Part shown: in pieces, positions 9,881 through 20,111 of the stretch
How the letters are laid out: every line of letters starts with the position of its first letter
How positions within the stretch are numbered: position 1 is the first letter of the stretch
NCBI GenBank assembly: GCA_965214405.1
Contig: OZ243956.1
Location: 800,001 to 864,000, forward strand
Reading direction: 5' to 3'
DNA length: 64,000 bases
Source of the DNA: Trueperaceae bacterium
GTDB lineage: Bacteria; Deinococcota; Deinococci; Deinococcales; Trueperaceae
The notes under the pieces: model-generated
The model's input: the letters and a program-made list of their open reading frames with translations, nothing else
Database searches by the model: none
What the model was told of the DNA's origin: nothing
Position numbers and translations under genes: made by a program

Positions 9881-10075
9881 ACTGCTGTAAAAAGGTTATA
9901 GAAAGGTGGCGGGCGCTCGAGCAAACGTCCACAACCATGTCGATTCCGTCACACTTCTCTGTTTTTCCGAACCTGAAAGGCATTTGTAACAGATTTATAA
10001 GCGTGGCTGCTTTACCCTCTCCTAAGCTAAGTTCACGTCTCGCTTCAGTTCAAACTTTGGTCCAAAGGGGAATGT

Positions 10076-10993
10076 ATGTCAACTCAACCGCGCCACCTAC
10101 CGCACGACGTTGCAGCCGAGGACGGCCTCTTCCAAAACGTTCTGGACTCACTCACCGAACAAATGGCGGTGCTGGACGCAGACGGCACCATTGTGTTCGT
10201 CAACGAGGCGTGGCGGCGCTTCGGCTCTCCGAGCGGCGCACCCGCCGACGGCTACCTGGGCGTGAACTACATAGAGATGTGCGGATCGGCGCAAGACGAG
10301 AGCGACCCCGACGCACGGGAGAACTGCGAGGGCGTCGAGAGGGTGCTGAGGGGCCAGGGCGAAACGTTTTGCCGCGACTACCTTTGTGACACGCCCGAGG
10401 GCGTGAGATGGTTCGAGATGATTGTCAAGCCCCTGGAGAAAACGGGCGGGGCCGTTATCGTGCGCGCCGACGTGACCGCGCGCAAAAAGGGCGAGCGGGA
10501 AGTTGCGTACTTGGCGCATCACGACATGCTCACGGGCGCGGACAATTGGCAGCATTTTTACGCGCGCGCGACTCACATCCTCGCCGAGGCGGACGCAGAG
10601 ATGGACGCCCTGTCGCTCTTTTACTTCGACTTAGACGGCTTTAGAGGAGTCAACGACGCATACGGTTACGCCGCCGGAGACGAACTGCTTAGGGCCGTGG
10701 TGTCCCGGCTGCGCGCGCAGTCGCGGGGCTGCGACCTCCTGGCGCGCTTTGGCGGCGACGAATTCGTGATGCTCATGAGGGGCGTGACGCAAGCGCAGGG
10801 CGAGAGCATCGCCCAGAGGCTCCGCGAGGGGCTCGAGGAGTCCTTCTTCGTGAGCGGCCAACTCGTAAGCGTCCGCAGTTCCTGCGGCGCCGCCGCCTAC
10901 CCCCGCCACGGCGCGACCGTCGACGCGCTTCTTACTCACGCCGAGCACGCCATGCTCGAGATGAAACGCCGGGTGAACGCGGCTTCGGCGTGA
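10076..10993 (+). CDS. PAS-GGDEF diguanylate cyclase
   Basis: PAS segment (AVLDADGTIVFVNEAW), HDMLTG, DLDGFRGVND, RGCD I-site and RFGGDEF. Confidence 0.9.
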   Translation: MSTQPRHLPHDVAAEDGLFQNVLDSLTEQMAVLDADGTIVFVNEAWRRFGSPSGAPADGYLGVNYIEMCGSAQDESDPDARENCEGVERVLRGQGETFCRDYLCDTPEGVRWFEMIVKPLEKTGGAVIVRADVTARKKGEREVAYLAHHDMLTGADNWQHFYARATHILAEADAEMDALSLFYFDLDGFRGVNDAYGYAAGDELLRAVVSRLRAQSRGCDLLARFGGDEFVMLMRGVTQAQGESIAQRLREGLEESFFVSGQLVSVRSSCGAAAYPRHGATVDALLTHAEHAMLEMKRRVNAASA

Positions 10994-11129
10994 CGGGGGT
11001 GACAGCGTAAACGTCCAGTCTTTTATCGTTAAAATTTTTTCCTTAGCGTGTTGAGGAGAAACTTAGGCGCAAGCTCCTCGAGCGAGCGTGGGCCAGAAAC
11101 CTTTTAGGCGGAAGCTGGCGTAAAATTAA

Positions 11130-11875
11130 ATGATGGAAACGCTCAACGAACTGGTAGGGCGCTTGCAGCGGCACCCCCATGTTGTCGGGCGGGTGGAGTA
11201 CGGCAGCCGCGCCTATACTGATACGGCCAGCAAAGGTGACTACGACCTCCTCGCGCTGTTTAGTGACGACCGGCCCCGCGTCGAGAGCCTTCATTTTTAC
11301 GTGGGTGGCCTGCCTATCGACCCCAACCTGCGCTATTTGGAGGATTGGCAAACAGGCCGACTGCAAAGTTCTTTCGACCGTGTATTCGTTCAGGGGCGGC
11401 TCATGTATGAGGCCACAGCCGCTGTTGCGGTCGTCCTCGAGCGCCTCCGCAGAGCCCGCGCCCGACCTGTCCGAACAAGCCCTCGCCTCGCTACGGTCAA
11501 AAACATGTGTTCGACAAAATAGCCGGACGCCACGAGACGCAGCCCGCGCTGTCTCGCTTTCTCTTGTACAGCAACCTCTACTGGCTCGTGCAGCACTATT
11601 TCTCGGTGCGGCGGTTGCCCTACGAGGGCGAAAAAGCCGCTTTCGCGCGTTTTGAGACGCACGAGCCCCGCGTCCTCCACCTGTTGGGAGAGGTTTACAT
11701 GGAGCGTGATTTGCAGCGACGAATCACGTTGGCGCGTGAACTGAACGACCTCGTTCTTTCTCCCGCCGGGGGGCTATGGCAAAACGGGGAAGTGCTGGCG
11801 TTCGGCACAGAGGCGCGTGTCGATTTACAGCGCGCTGGACGAGCGGAATTTGCTTACTTGTCCGGTGAATCCTGA
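11130..11875 (+). pseudogene. frameshifted nucleotidyltransferase-domain protein
   Basis: YGS...DYDL motif in 11130..11522. Coding continues in another frame (YGQKHVFDKIAGR...) to 11875, with the break at about 11445-11500. Confidence 0.65.
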
Positions 11876-12061
11876 GCATTCGCTTGGGTTAGGCGCAAGA
11901 GAACCGGCTTTCCAAACCACCGGCCCCGCCACGCTTTCCTTCACCTTCTTGTTACGCTGAGACCCCGGTAAGACGCTCCAGTGTCTATACTCCGGTGGTG
12001 ACCCGTCCCGGCGAGTTTTATCGTACGGCTTGAGTAGAAAAGACGAAGCCACGTTTGCGGC

Positions 12062-12790
12062 GTGCGCGCTTTAAGAAACAGTGAGGGTCAGATATTTATC
12101 TCGGAGGTTTTGGCGCAAGACGTCGTCAGGTTTTACCCAAAGGGTGACAGCGTCCTTTTCAGCACGTCGGAGGGCGGCTTGTATAGCCTCGAGCTTACCT
12201 CACTCACGAGCAGGCTCGTTCATCCTTTTACCGAACCCGCGGAGATTGTTTGGGCGGACGCCGACCACGCCCTCGTCACGACTAGAGAGGACGGCCTCTG
12301 GTTCTACGTGACCCTGGCAACGGGTGAGCCGCTTACGCTCGGCGCGCTTGACGGCGCCTACCTTGTTGCCAGACTTAGCGCTGAGAGTGACGCGGCTTTA
12401 TTCAGCGATACCCTCGTTGTCGGCGACCCGCACACCTTTTGGGGGCTCGAGCTGAGGACGGGAAAGGTCACCAGGATAGGCGACTTTCCCAACGGCTCGA
12501 CCCGCCCAGGCGAAAGCGGCGGGGTTTTCTTAAGCGTTTTCGACCGCGCCGACCTCAGCGCAAAGCTTTACAGGCTGGACGCTCACGGCGCAACACCCTT
12601 GTTTAGAGCCCTGGGTGTAGGGGCCGCGCTCTCACCCGACGGACGTTTCGTGGCGGTGGACGCGCGTATGGGCCGTCCCGACCTCCGCGAACGCGAAGGT
12701 TTGACGCTCCTGCTGGACGCGGACGGCACCCTCATGAGAGAACTCGGGCAGGGCGGGTACGGCGTGCTCTGGCTGTCGGAGCCCGAGTAG
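12062..12790 (+). CDS. hypothetical beta-propeller-like protein, possibly N-terminally truncated
   Basis: 242-aa ORF with host-like codon use and beta-strand repeats (LSPDGRFVAV). No clear start signal. Confidence 0.45.
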   Translation: MRALRNSEGQIFISEVLAQDVVRFYPKGDSVLFSTSEGGLYSLELTSLTSRLVHPFTEPAEIVWADADHALVTTREDGLWFYVTLATGEPLTLGALDGAYLVARLSAESDAALFSDTLVVGDPHTFWGLELRTGKVTRIGDFPNGSTRPGESGGVFLSVFDRADLSAKLYRLDAHGATPLFRALGVGAALSPDGRFVAVDARMGRPDLREREGLTLLLDADGTLMRELGQGGYGVLWLSEPE

Positions 12791-13226
12791 TGGCAGTCGT
12801 GCTCGCGCTCGTCTTTGTCTTTGTCTTTGTCTTTGTCTTTGTCTTTATCGTCGTCGTTTTTGCGCCGAGTCGGCGCGTAAAAGGGCGTCTCCAGCTCGAG
12901 CCCCAGCACGGCGTTGACCGCGGCCAGCCAGAGGCGGCTCACGGGTTTGTCCTCCAGATTGGACAGCACCGCGACGCCGAGACCGCGCTCGGGCACAAAA
13001 CCGAGGTGGCTCGAGACCCCTTTCAGGCCGCCACCGTGCCGAATCAGCGTGACGCCGTGATGGTCAGGTTGAACCGTGAGGCCGTAGGCGGTGCGGGGCG
13101 CGCACCACGCGCGCGGCTGGGAGCGGTAGGAAAGCGGTCGGCTCGAGCAGAAACGTGAGATAACGCCCGAGGTCGTTCGCCGACGCTTTCAAAATCCCCG
13201 TCGCTAAGTGCGCGGGCGCGTCCTCC
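12583..13226 (-). pseudogene. C-terminal remnant of a beta-lactamase-family serine hydrolase
   Basis: ATGILKASANDLGRYL, then after a frameshift YGLTVQPDHHGVTLIRHGGGLKGVSSHLGFVPERGLGVAVLSN. The SxxK N-terminus is absent. Confidence 0.75.
12811..12846. repeat. hexanucleotide microsatellite (GTCTTT)x6
   Basis: Read directly from the sequence; encodes a (DK)n run on the minus strand. Confidence 0.95.
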
Positions 13227-13452
13227 CGACTTCCGAGCGCATGAGCCGCGCCTCGCTCGGCCAGCCAATAAGCCCCAGCGCGACGAAGATGGTGGTCGCG
13301 CTCGAGTCGAAAATCGCCACCACCGCAATCAGAAAGAGCCGCCCCGGAATGGCAAAAGACACATCCGTCACGCGCGTTACTAGGTTGTCGAGCCAGTCGC
13401 CAAAACAGCCCGCCGCGCTCCCCAGCGTGATGCCGATAAGGAGCGCGTTTAC
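13227..13452 (-). pseudogene. internal fragment of an OppC/DppC-type peptide ABC permease
   Basis: Minus-strand frame not in the ORF track reads NALLIGITLGSAAGCFGDWLDNLVTRVTDVSFAIPGRLFLIAVVAIFDSSATTIFVALGLIGWPSEARLMRSEV. Confidence 0.8.
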
Positions 13453-14444
13453 GCGCCGTCCGCCGGGTACCTAAGCCCAATCTGTTGCCGGACCTCGTCC
13501 AGCGTCCGCATGATCTGGAGGGTTTCGTCTAGGGGCATGAGGGGGCTCTCGAGCGCGCCCTCGCGTATACAGCGCATGACCTCGGCGGCTTCATAGTTGT
13601 AGCCGTTGCCCTCAAACGGCACTTCGATATCCTCAGATGACCAGTCGGGGCGGATGAGTTTCATTTTTGAGGGTGTCCACCAGGGCCTGTGGACACGCAG
13701 CATGGCTTTGGTGCCCATGATGGTGGCTTCCCACGGGGTCTGGGTGCGCACCGCGGTGGTGCAAACCGCCAATGCGCCGCTCGGGTAGGAGAGGATGACC
13801 GCGGTGTTGTCGTCCACGCCGGTCTCGCCCAAGTGCGCATGGGCCGAAACGCTCTCGGGCGCGCCAAGCAGCATCGACGCCAGAGAGACGGGGTAGATAC
13901 CCACGTCGAGCAACGCGCCGCCGCCCTGGTGGAGGTCGAAAAGCCAATAGTCGGGATCAACCTCTGCGCGGTACCCGAAGTCCGCGTGGACCTGCCGCAC
14001 CTCGCCGAGCGTCCCCTCGCTAATGAGCGCGCGGACCCGGTCCATGAGCGGAAAGTAGCGCGTCCACATCGCTTCCATGAGAAAAAGACCGCGAGAGCGC
14101 GCTTCTTGGACCATCCTTTCGGCCTGCGCCGCGTTGACCGCAAAAGGCTTCTCGCAGAGCACCGCCTTGCCCCCCTCCAAACAGAGCAGGCTGTTGTCCA
14201 TGTGAGAGCCGTGCGGCGTGGCGACGTAGACCGCGTCGACGTCGCTGTCTGCCGCTAAGTCTGCGTACGACGCGTGACGGCGCGGCACCCCGAACTCCTC
14301 GCCGAACGCGTCGGCGGACGCCTGCGAGCGCGACCCCACCGCGACGAGTTCGGCGTCGGGTAGAACCCTTAACCCTCTCGCAAACTGCTTGGCGATGTTG
14401 CCCGTGCCGATAATGCCCCAGCGGATGTTTGTCATCTGCGTCAT
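13449..14444 (-). CDS. Gfo/Idh/MocA family oxidoreductase
   Basis: WGIIGTGNIA, VLCEKPF, MEAMWTR and GGGALLDVGIY motifs. AAGGAGG RBS precedes ATG at 14444. Confidence 0.93.
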   Translation of the reverse strand: MTQMTNIRWGIIGTGNIAKQFARGLRVLPDAELVAVGSRSQASADAFGEEFGVPRRHASYADLAADSDVDAVYVATPHGSHMDNSLLCLEGGKAVLCEKPFAVNAAQAERMVQEARSRGLFLMEAMWTRYFPLMDRVRALISEGTLGEVRQVHADFGYRAEVDPDYWLFDLHQGGGALLDVGIYPVSLASMLLGAPESVSAHAHLGETGVDDNTAVILSYPSGALAVCTTAVRTQTPWEATIMGTKAMLRVHRPWWTPSKMKLIRPDWSSEDIEVPFEGNGYNYEAAEVMRCIREGALESPLMPLDETLQIMRTLDEVRQQIGLRYPADGA

Positions 14445-14628
14445 GGTTGCGCCTCCTTGACTGCCCCTGTGCTGCTCGTGACCCCATGGGCTTGGGCCGC
14501 GGCTGGGCGTCAGTATCAGTAAAACTGTGACCAACACTTTACAATACGCCGGGCGCAAAAGAATATACTTGGATCAATGTACAACTTGTTACCGCATGTT
14601 TTATGGGGGCACACGAAACATGCCTTAT

Positions 14629-14682
14629 GACGACACAGTTGACGACATGGTTGACGACATGGTTGACGACACAGTTGACGAC
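14629..14682. repeat. 12-bp tandem repeat GACGACA(CA/TG)GTT x4.5
   Basis: Read directly from the sequence, just upstream of or at the 5' end of the GNAT gene. Confidence 0.9.
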
Positions 14683-14697
14683 GACAAGGGGGAAACG

Positions 14698-15234
14698 ATG
14701 CACCTGACCGCACCTCACGCGCTCACTCGTCCGACTACGCATAAAGACGCAGGGCTTGTTCACGCGATCTACAGCCGCACACCCAAGTATTTTGATATTA
14801 TCTCGATCCCCGTGCCGACCTTGGCCGAGGTCGAGCGAGAGCTCGAGGCCGCCGCAGGCGACGCCAGGCGCTGCACGGAACTCATCTTAGCGACAGACGA
14901 AGCTTCCACCGAAAGCCAAAACGAACATGTCGCCCCGCTCGACCCTGTGAGCGGCCTCTACGTGGTGGGCTACCTCGACTACAAACTCGATTACCCTGAC
15001 CCCGGCGACGCGATGGTTAACCTGCTGATGATTGCCGCGCCCTCTCAGGGCCGTGGTTACGGCAAACGCTGCGTGGCGGACCTAGAAACCCGCCTTTCAA
15101 ACCGTGCCAAACGCGTGCTGGCGAGCATTTACGGCCAAAACCCCAGGGCTATCCGCTTTTGGGAGGGCATCGGTTACCACTTCGCCATCGACGCCAAACC
15201 CGTGCTCGACTGGTACGCAAAGGAGCTCGGTTAA
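14698..15234 (+). CDS. GNAT family N-acetyltransferase
   Basis: LLMI...QGRGYG acetyl-CoA motif and NPRAIRFW..GY. An alternative start at 14620 would include the repeat. Confidence 0.8.
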   Translation: MHLTAPHALTRPTTHKDAGLVHAIYSRTPKYFDIISIPVPTLAEVERELEAAAGDARRCTELILATDEASTESQNEHVAPLDPVSGLYVVGYLDYKLDYPDPGDAMVNLLMIAAPSQGRGYGKRCVADLETRLSNRAKRVLASIYGQNPRAIRFWEGIGYHFAIDAKPVLDWYAKELG

Positions 15235-15292
15235 AGAAACGCGTGTTCGTTTGTCACAGCAGATTTGACACAGCAGATAAGGGAGGTTCTGT

Positions 15293-18190
15293 CTAGGCGG
15301 CGGCTTTTTCTTTGCGCGCCCGCCCGTAGGCCATCCGCAGCTTGAACATCCCCCGCTTGTGCGCCGCCCGCACCTCCTCCTCGCTCATGCCCAGCGCGTC
15401 GGCGATGTCGGCGATGTCTTGCTCGGAGGTGTTATTCATGCCCTCGAGCCTCGTCACCACATTGGCGACATCTTGGTCAAGTTCGGTCAAGAAGGGCTCT
15501 AAATCCTTGGGCGTCGCCTTGGGAGCGGCTTTATTTGATTTGGACTTAGCTTTGGTTTTCGCTTTGGGCTTGGCTTTCGCCTTACTCTTTGCTTTTGTTT
15601 TACCCACGCTTTTCCCCGTCACCCCCTCGCGGGCGGCAAGGAGGTCCAGGGCCTGCTCGAGCGTAACCGTCTCAACCTCTTGACCCTGAGCCAAAGACGC
15701 ATTGGTCTTGCCGTGCTTGACGTACGGGCCATAACGCCCGTCGCGCACCTCGACGGGGTCGCCCGTCTCTGGATGCTCACCCAAAACGCGCAGGGGCTTG
15801 TTTTTGAAGTCTTTTTTGTTGATGAGTTCTAACGCGCGTGGCAACTCAACCGTCAGCACGTCGTCTTCTTTGGGCAGTGAGGCAAAAGTGCTGCCGTGTT
15901 TGACATACGGCCCAAAGCGGCCAATCGCGGCCTGAACGCTCTTACCCGTTTCGGGGTGTTTGCCTAACCCGCGCGGGAGCGAGAGCAGGCCCACCGCCAT
16001 CTTGTAATCCACCGCGCTCGGCTCGACGCCCTTAGGCAGCGACACGCGTTTAGGCTTGCCGTCCCCGCCCTCGCCGAGTTGTAAGTAGGGGCCGTAGGGA
16101 CCGCTTTTTAGGAGCATCGGCTCGCCCGTGTCGGGGTGCGAACCCAGCCCCTCATCCTCGGCGTTGCCGCGCTCAATCAACGCTTCAAGCGTTTCCTTGG
16201 TCACGTCGGCGGGGGCGACGTCGTTGGGGATGGAGGCGGTCACGCGCTCGCCGTCCCTTTCGCCCTCGACGTAGGGGCCGTAGCGCCCGACGCGCACGAC
16301 GTAGTCGCCCCACTTGGGCGCGTGAATCGTTGAGATGGCTCGAGCGTCGATGGTCTCGAGCCCCGTCTCGACCTGCGCCTCAATCCCTTCTTTGCCCCGG
16401 AAAAAAGCGTCCAGGTACGGCGTCCGCCGCACCTCACCCGCGGCGATATCGTCCAGCACGCCTTCCATGCTGGCGGTGAAGTTGGTATCTACGAGATTTT
16501 GGAACTGCTGCTCGAGCAGATTATTCGTCGCAAAAGCCGTGAATGTCGGCACGAGCGCGCTCCCCGCCTTGCGCGCGTAGCCGCGCCGGACGACCGTGTC
16601 GATGATGCTCGCGTAGGTGCTCGGGCGTCCGATGCCCTCGCTTTCTAAAAGCTTGACCAGCGACGCCTCGGTGTAGCGGGCGGGGGGCTTGGTTTCGTGG
16701 CCCAGGGCCTCAAGCGTCCGGCAGTCCACCACGTCGCCCTCCTTGAGGTCGGGCAAGGGCTGCTCGCGGTCTTCCAAGGCCGCGTCGGGATCGTCTGAGC
16801 CTTCAACGTAGGCGCGGAAAAAGCCGGGGAACAAGGTGGTGCGGCCCGTGGCGCGAAAGACCGAGGCGTCGTCGCCGGTGCCTGCCTCGAGCTTAACGTT
16901 CACAAAAAGCAGCCGCGCGTCGGCCATCTGCGTGGCGACGGTGCGCTTCCAGATGAGGTCGTAAAGCCGCCCGTCAATCCCGGTCAGCCCGTGCTCCTCG
17001 GTCGTCTTCATCGCCTTGCCCGCGGGCCGGATGGCCTCGTGCGCCTCTTGCGCGTTGCGCGCCTTTTTGCTGTACTGGCGCGGTTTGGGACTCAGGTACT
17101 CCTCCCCATACCGCGTCCGCACCGCGCGGCGCACGCCGTCAACAGCCTCTTGCGACAAGTTAGTCGAGTCGGTCCGCATATAGGTGATGTAGCCGTTTTC
17201 GTACAAACCTTGCGCGACGCGCATCGTGTCTTTGGCAGACAAGTTGAGCTTGCGGCTCGACTCTTGTTGCAGCGTGGAGGTCGTAAAGGGCGCGGCGGGC
17301 GAACGTTTGGCGGGCCGCTCCTCAACGCTGGTGACGCGCCACGTTTCTTTAGGCAAGGTGTCAGCGAGGGCGTGGGCGCGCTTCTCTGACAAAAGCAACA
17401 CGTCTTTACCTGCTTCCAAGCCCTCCTTGAGCCGCCCCGTCTCGTCGTCGAAGTCGCGGCCCGTCGCCAGGCGGACGCCGCCGAGATGCGTCATCGTAGC
17501 CTCAAAGGGCTTGCGGGTCTTCTCGAGCCCAGCTTTCAAGTCCCAATAGCTCGCGGGCACGAACGCCAGCCGCTCGCGCTCGCGCAAAACGGTAAGCCGC
17601 ACCGCCACGCTCTGCACGCGCCCCGCGGAGAGCTTAGGCGCGATCTTTTTCCATAACAGCGGCGAGATGGTGTAGCCCACAAGCCGGTCCAGCACCCGCC
17701 GCGTCTCCTGCGCGTCCACCAAGTGCTCGTCAATCGTGCGCGTCTCTTCCAACGCCCGCAGAATCGCTTCTTCGGTAATCTCGTGAAAGACCATACGCCG
17801 CACCGGGATGTTGGGCTTAAGAAGCTCGACCAAGTGCCAGCCGATAGACTCGCCCTCGCGGTCCTCGTCGGTGGCGATAAAAAGCTCGTCGGCCTCTTTG
17901 AGCGCTTTTCTAAGTTCGCTCACAATCTTTTTCTTCTTTGAGGGAATGATGTAAAGCGGCTCGTAGCCGTCGTCCAACCTGACGCCCAGCCGCGCCCAGG
18001 GCTCGCCCTTGTACGCGTCGGGAATCTCGGCGGCGGAGGCGGGCAGGTCGCGCACGTGTCCCATGCTGGCCTCGATACGGTAGCCCGTCCGGGGCAAGAA
18101 TTTGCGAATCGTTTTCGCTTTGGTCGGCGATTCGACGATGACCAACCGCCTCGGTTGCGCATTTCGCCCGCCTGTAGCAGCCTTACTCAA
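15293..18190 (-). CDS. topA: type IA DNA topoisomerase I with C-terminal Topo_C repeats and a sigma70-r4-like tail
   Basis: [46 protein letters not shown] and four GRYGPY-type repeats. TTG start follows GGGAGG. Confidence 0.97.
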   Translation of the reverse strand: MSKAATGGRNAQPRRLVIVESPTKAKTIRKFLPRTGYRIEASMGHVRDLPASAAEIPDAYKGEPWARLGVRLDDGYEPLYIIPSKKKKIVSELRKALKEADELFIATDEDREGESIGWHLVELLKPNIPVRRMVFHEITEEAILRALEETRTIDEHLVDAQETRRVLDRLVGYTISPLLWKKIAPKLSAGRVQSVAVRLTVLRERERLAFVPASYWDLKAGLEKTRKPFEATMTHLGGVRLATGRDFDDETGRLKEGLEAGKDVLLLSEKRAHALADTLPKETWRVTSVEERPAKRSPAAPFTTSTLQQESSRKLNLSAKDTMRVAQGLYENGYITYMRTDSTNLSQEAVDGVRRAVRTRYGEEYLSPKPRQYSKKARNAQEAHEAIRPAGKAMKTTEEHGLTGIDGRLYDLIWKRTVATQMADARLLFVNVKLEAGTGDDASVFRATGRTTLFPGFFRAYVEGSDDPDAALEDREQPLPDLKEGDVVDCRTLEALGHETKPPARYTEASLVKLLESEGIGRPSTYASIIDTVVRRGYARKAGSALVPTFTAFATNNLLEQQFQNLVDTNFTASMEGVLDDIAAGEVRRTPYLDAFFRGKEGIEAQVETGLETIDARAISTIHAPKWGDYVVRVGRYGPYVEGERDGERVTASIPNDVAPADVTKETLEALIERGNAEDEGLGSHPDTGEPMLLKSGPYGPYLQLGEGGDGKPKRVSLPKGVEPSAVDYKMAVGLLSLPRGLGKHPETGKSVQAAIGRFGPYVKHGSTFASLPKEDDVLTVELPRALELINKKDFKNKPLRVLGEHPETGDPVEVRDGRYGPYVKHGKTNASLAQGQEVETVTLEQALDLLAAREGVTGKSVGKTKAKSKAKAKPKAKTKAKSKSNKAAPKATPKDLEPFLTELDQDVANVVTRLEGMNNTSEQDIADIADALGMSEEEVRAAHKRGMFKLRMAYGRARKEKAAA

Positions 18191-18213
18191 AAAAACCTCC
18201 CATAACGGAGGCT

Positions 18214-18241
18214 ATTATAAAAGTGAGGCGGAATCTGTCAA
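18214..18241 (-). promoter_or_regulatory. consensus sigma70/sigmaA promoter of topA
   Basis: TTGACA (18241-18236), 16-nt spacer, TATAAT (18219-18214). Confidence 0.75.
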
Positions 18242-18290
18242 GACAATATCTTACAGTGGTGGCCTGAATGTTTTCGGGTTACTACCGCTG

Positions 18291-18929
18291 TCAGCACTCC
18301 ACAAACTTGTTTAACCGGAGGTTGGTAAGGGTGTAGCGTTCCCATTCATGAAGTTTCTCTCTGGCCGCTGCCGGGCTGCGAACCAGGAGTTGCCTGAACG
18401 TTTGAGTCTCTTGAAGCAGTTCGCGAACCCACGAACGATCATCATCGGGTTCATTGAGCTTGGTTTGGAGCCTGTCGAAAATGTTCATGGCGTTCTCATG
18501 CTCGCCCGCTAGAACGAAGGAATAAGCTCGAGCCCGTAAAACGTGGACATCGTCGGGATTAGTGCGAACTACTTGGTCTACAGTTTCGGCAACCTGGGCA
18601 GGCGTCTCAATACCTCTAAGCATAGGTAATCCCTCGTTGGAAATACGCTCGAGAAGGTTCTCGATTAATTCGGCCTCGGCGTCCGCTTGATACTTCCAGC
18701 TTTGGCCGAGCCTTTCACCGAACGAAAGAGCGACACTATCCCTGGGTACATATAGCGGCTGGATGAAAACGTAAAGGTAGAAGCTCAGCGGGTCAATCGA
18801 ACGGTCAAAGCAGAAACCTCGCAGTATGTGCTTTACAGGGCACATAAACAGGAACCTTCTGCTGACGGCAAAGCCCGGCAACCGTGGCAGGAGCTTTTTG
18901 AGTAGTTTCTCCGTCTCTCGTGCTGTCAT
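18291..18929 (-). CDS. hypothetical protein
   Basis: 212-aa ORF with lower GC than its neighbours and no motif recognised. Confidence 0.6.
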   Translation of the reverse strand: MTARETEKLLKKLLPRLPGFAVSRRFLFMCPVKHILRGFCFDRSIDPLSFYLYVFIQPLYVPRDSVALSFGERLGQSWKYQADAEAELIENLLERISNEGLPMLRGIETPAQVAETVDQVVRTNPDDVHVLRARAYSFVLAGEHENAMNIFDRLQTKLNEPDDDRSWVRELLQETQTFRQLLVRSPAAAREKLHEWERYTLTNLRLNKFVEC

Positions 18930-18960
18930 TTCAAAGCCTTTGTCAAAGCGGAAGCCTCGG

Positions 18961-19446
18961 TTACAGCGGCGTCAGGTTCTTTGTAAGTTTTAACGAATCC
19001 TCCTCAAAACCCAAGCGTGCGTAGAAAGTGTGGGCTTGAGCGTTCCCCGCAAACACATACAGCGTCAGGTGCCGCATCCCCTGCTCTTTCGTCCACGCCT
19101 CCGCGGCCTCCATCAGCGCCTTGCCGACGCCCTTGCCTTCGCCCGTCTCTTGTACCGCTAAGTTGGCGACGTAGCCTTGTGGCTCCCCCGTGAAAAACTC
19201 CAGCGTCGTCTCGAGGTGGACAAAACCGAGTGGTTCATTGTGAGAGGAGGCGAGGAGCACCGCGCTACCGGCGGGCGGTGCGGTCAGCGCCTTGCTAAGT
19301 AAATCTTCCGACGACGCGCGAATCGCCTCCGCGTCTCGCCAGGGAGGCACACCGAACGTGACCAGACGCGGGACGAGCGAGAGGATGAACGGTAGATCGT
19401 CGGCGGTGGCGGGGCGAACGTTAGTGGGAGTATTGGTTGTCGTCAT
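18961..19446 (-). CDS. GNAT family N-acetyltransferase
   Basis: VRPATADD, LAV...EGKGVGKALM and N..A..FYARLGF motifs. Confidence 0.9.
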   Translation of the reverse strand: MTTTNTPTNVRPATADDLPFILSLVPRLVTFGVPPWRDAEAIRASSEDLLSKALTAPPAGSAVLLASSHNEPLGFVHLETTLEFFTGEPQGYVANLAVQETGEGKGVGKALMEAAEAWTKEQGMRHLTLYVFAGNAQAHTFYARLGFEEDSLKLTKNLTPL

Positions 19447-19459
19447 GTCCTGACAGCGA

Positions 19460-20050
19460 CTACATAGGCCTGCGGTTTGTAATCGCCCGCCCCAGCGTGA
19501 CCTCGTCGGCGTACTCCAAATCTCCGCCTACAGGCAAGCCGTAGGCGATGCGCGAGGTTTTGACGCTCAAGTCGTTCAATAAACGGTTCAAATACATCGC
19601 CGTGGCCTCGCCCTCGACGGTGGTGGCGGTCGCCAAGATGACCTCGTTGACGTCATCCAACCTCGGCAGCAACGCCTTGATGGTGAGCTGGTCGGGACCC
19701 ACGCCGTTCATCGGCGAGAGCGACCCGTGGAGCACGTGGTAGAGCCCTTCATATTCGCCCGAACGCTCAATAGCGAGCAAGTCAGCGGGCTCTTCGACTA
19801 CACAGACAAGGCGGCGGTCACGCTGCGCGTCGGCGCAGATGTTACACAGCTCCGAATCGGTGATGTTGAAGCAGACGCTACACGAGTGCAGCGAACTTTT
19901 CGCGCTCACAATCGCCTGCGCGAGCCCCCGCACGTCCTCTTCGGGCAGATTGAAAAGGTGAAAGGCGAGCCGCTGCGCGCTTTTTGGGCCGACGCCGGGC
20001 AGTTTGCCGAGTTCGCGGATGAGTTGGATTAGAGCGGGGGGGTACTTCAT
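19460..20050 (-). CDS. recR: recombination mediator RecR
   Basis: LPGVGPKSAQR, C4 zinc finger, EGEATA and GGDLEYAD motifs. Confidence 0.98.
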   Translation of the reverse strand: MKYPPALIQLIRELGKLPGVGPKSAQRLAFHLFNLPEEDVRGLAQAIVSAKSSLHSCSVCFNITDSELCNICADAQRDRRLVCVVEEPADLLAIERSGEYEGLYHVLHGSLSPMNGVGPDQLTIKALLPRLDDVNEVILATATTVEGEATAMYLNRLLNDLSVKTSRIAYGLPVGGDLEYADEVTLGRAITNRRPM

Positions 20051-20065
20051 AGGTGATTAGTGGCG

Positions 20066-20109
20066 AGTGATGAGTGATTAGTAAGGCTAACCACTACCCA
20101 CTCATCACT
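20066..20109. repeat. intergenic inverted repeat built from heptamer-like units
   Basis: AGTGATGAGTG ... CACTCATCACT between ybaB and recR. Confidence 0.6.
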
Positions 20110-20111
20110 GT

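Noticed and set aside
12790..13158. ORF with a hydrophobic VFVFVF run resembling a membrane protein
   Set aside because: Product of the GTCTTT microsatellite read antisense to the hydrolase remnant.
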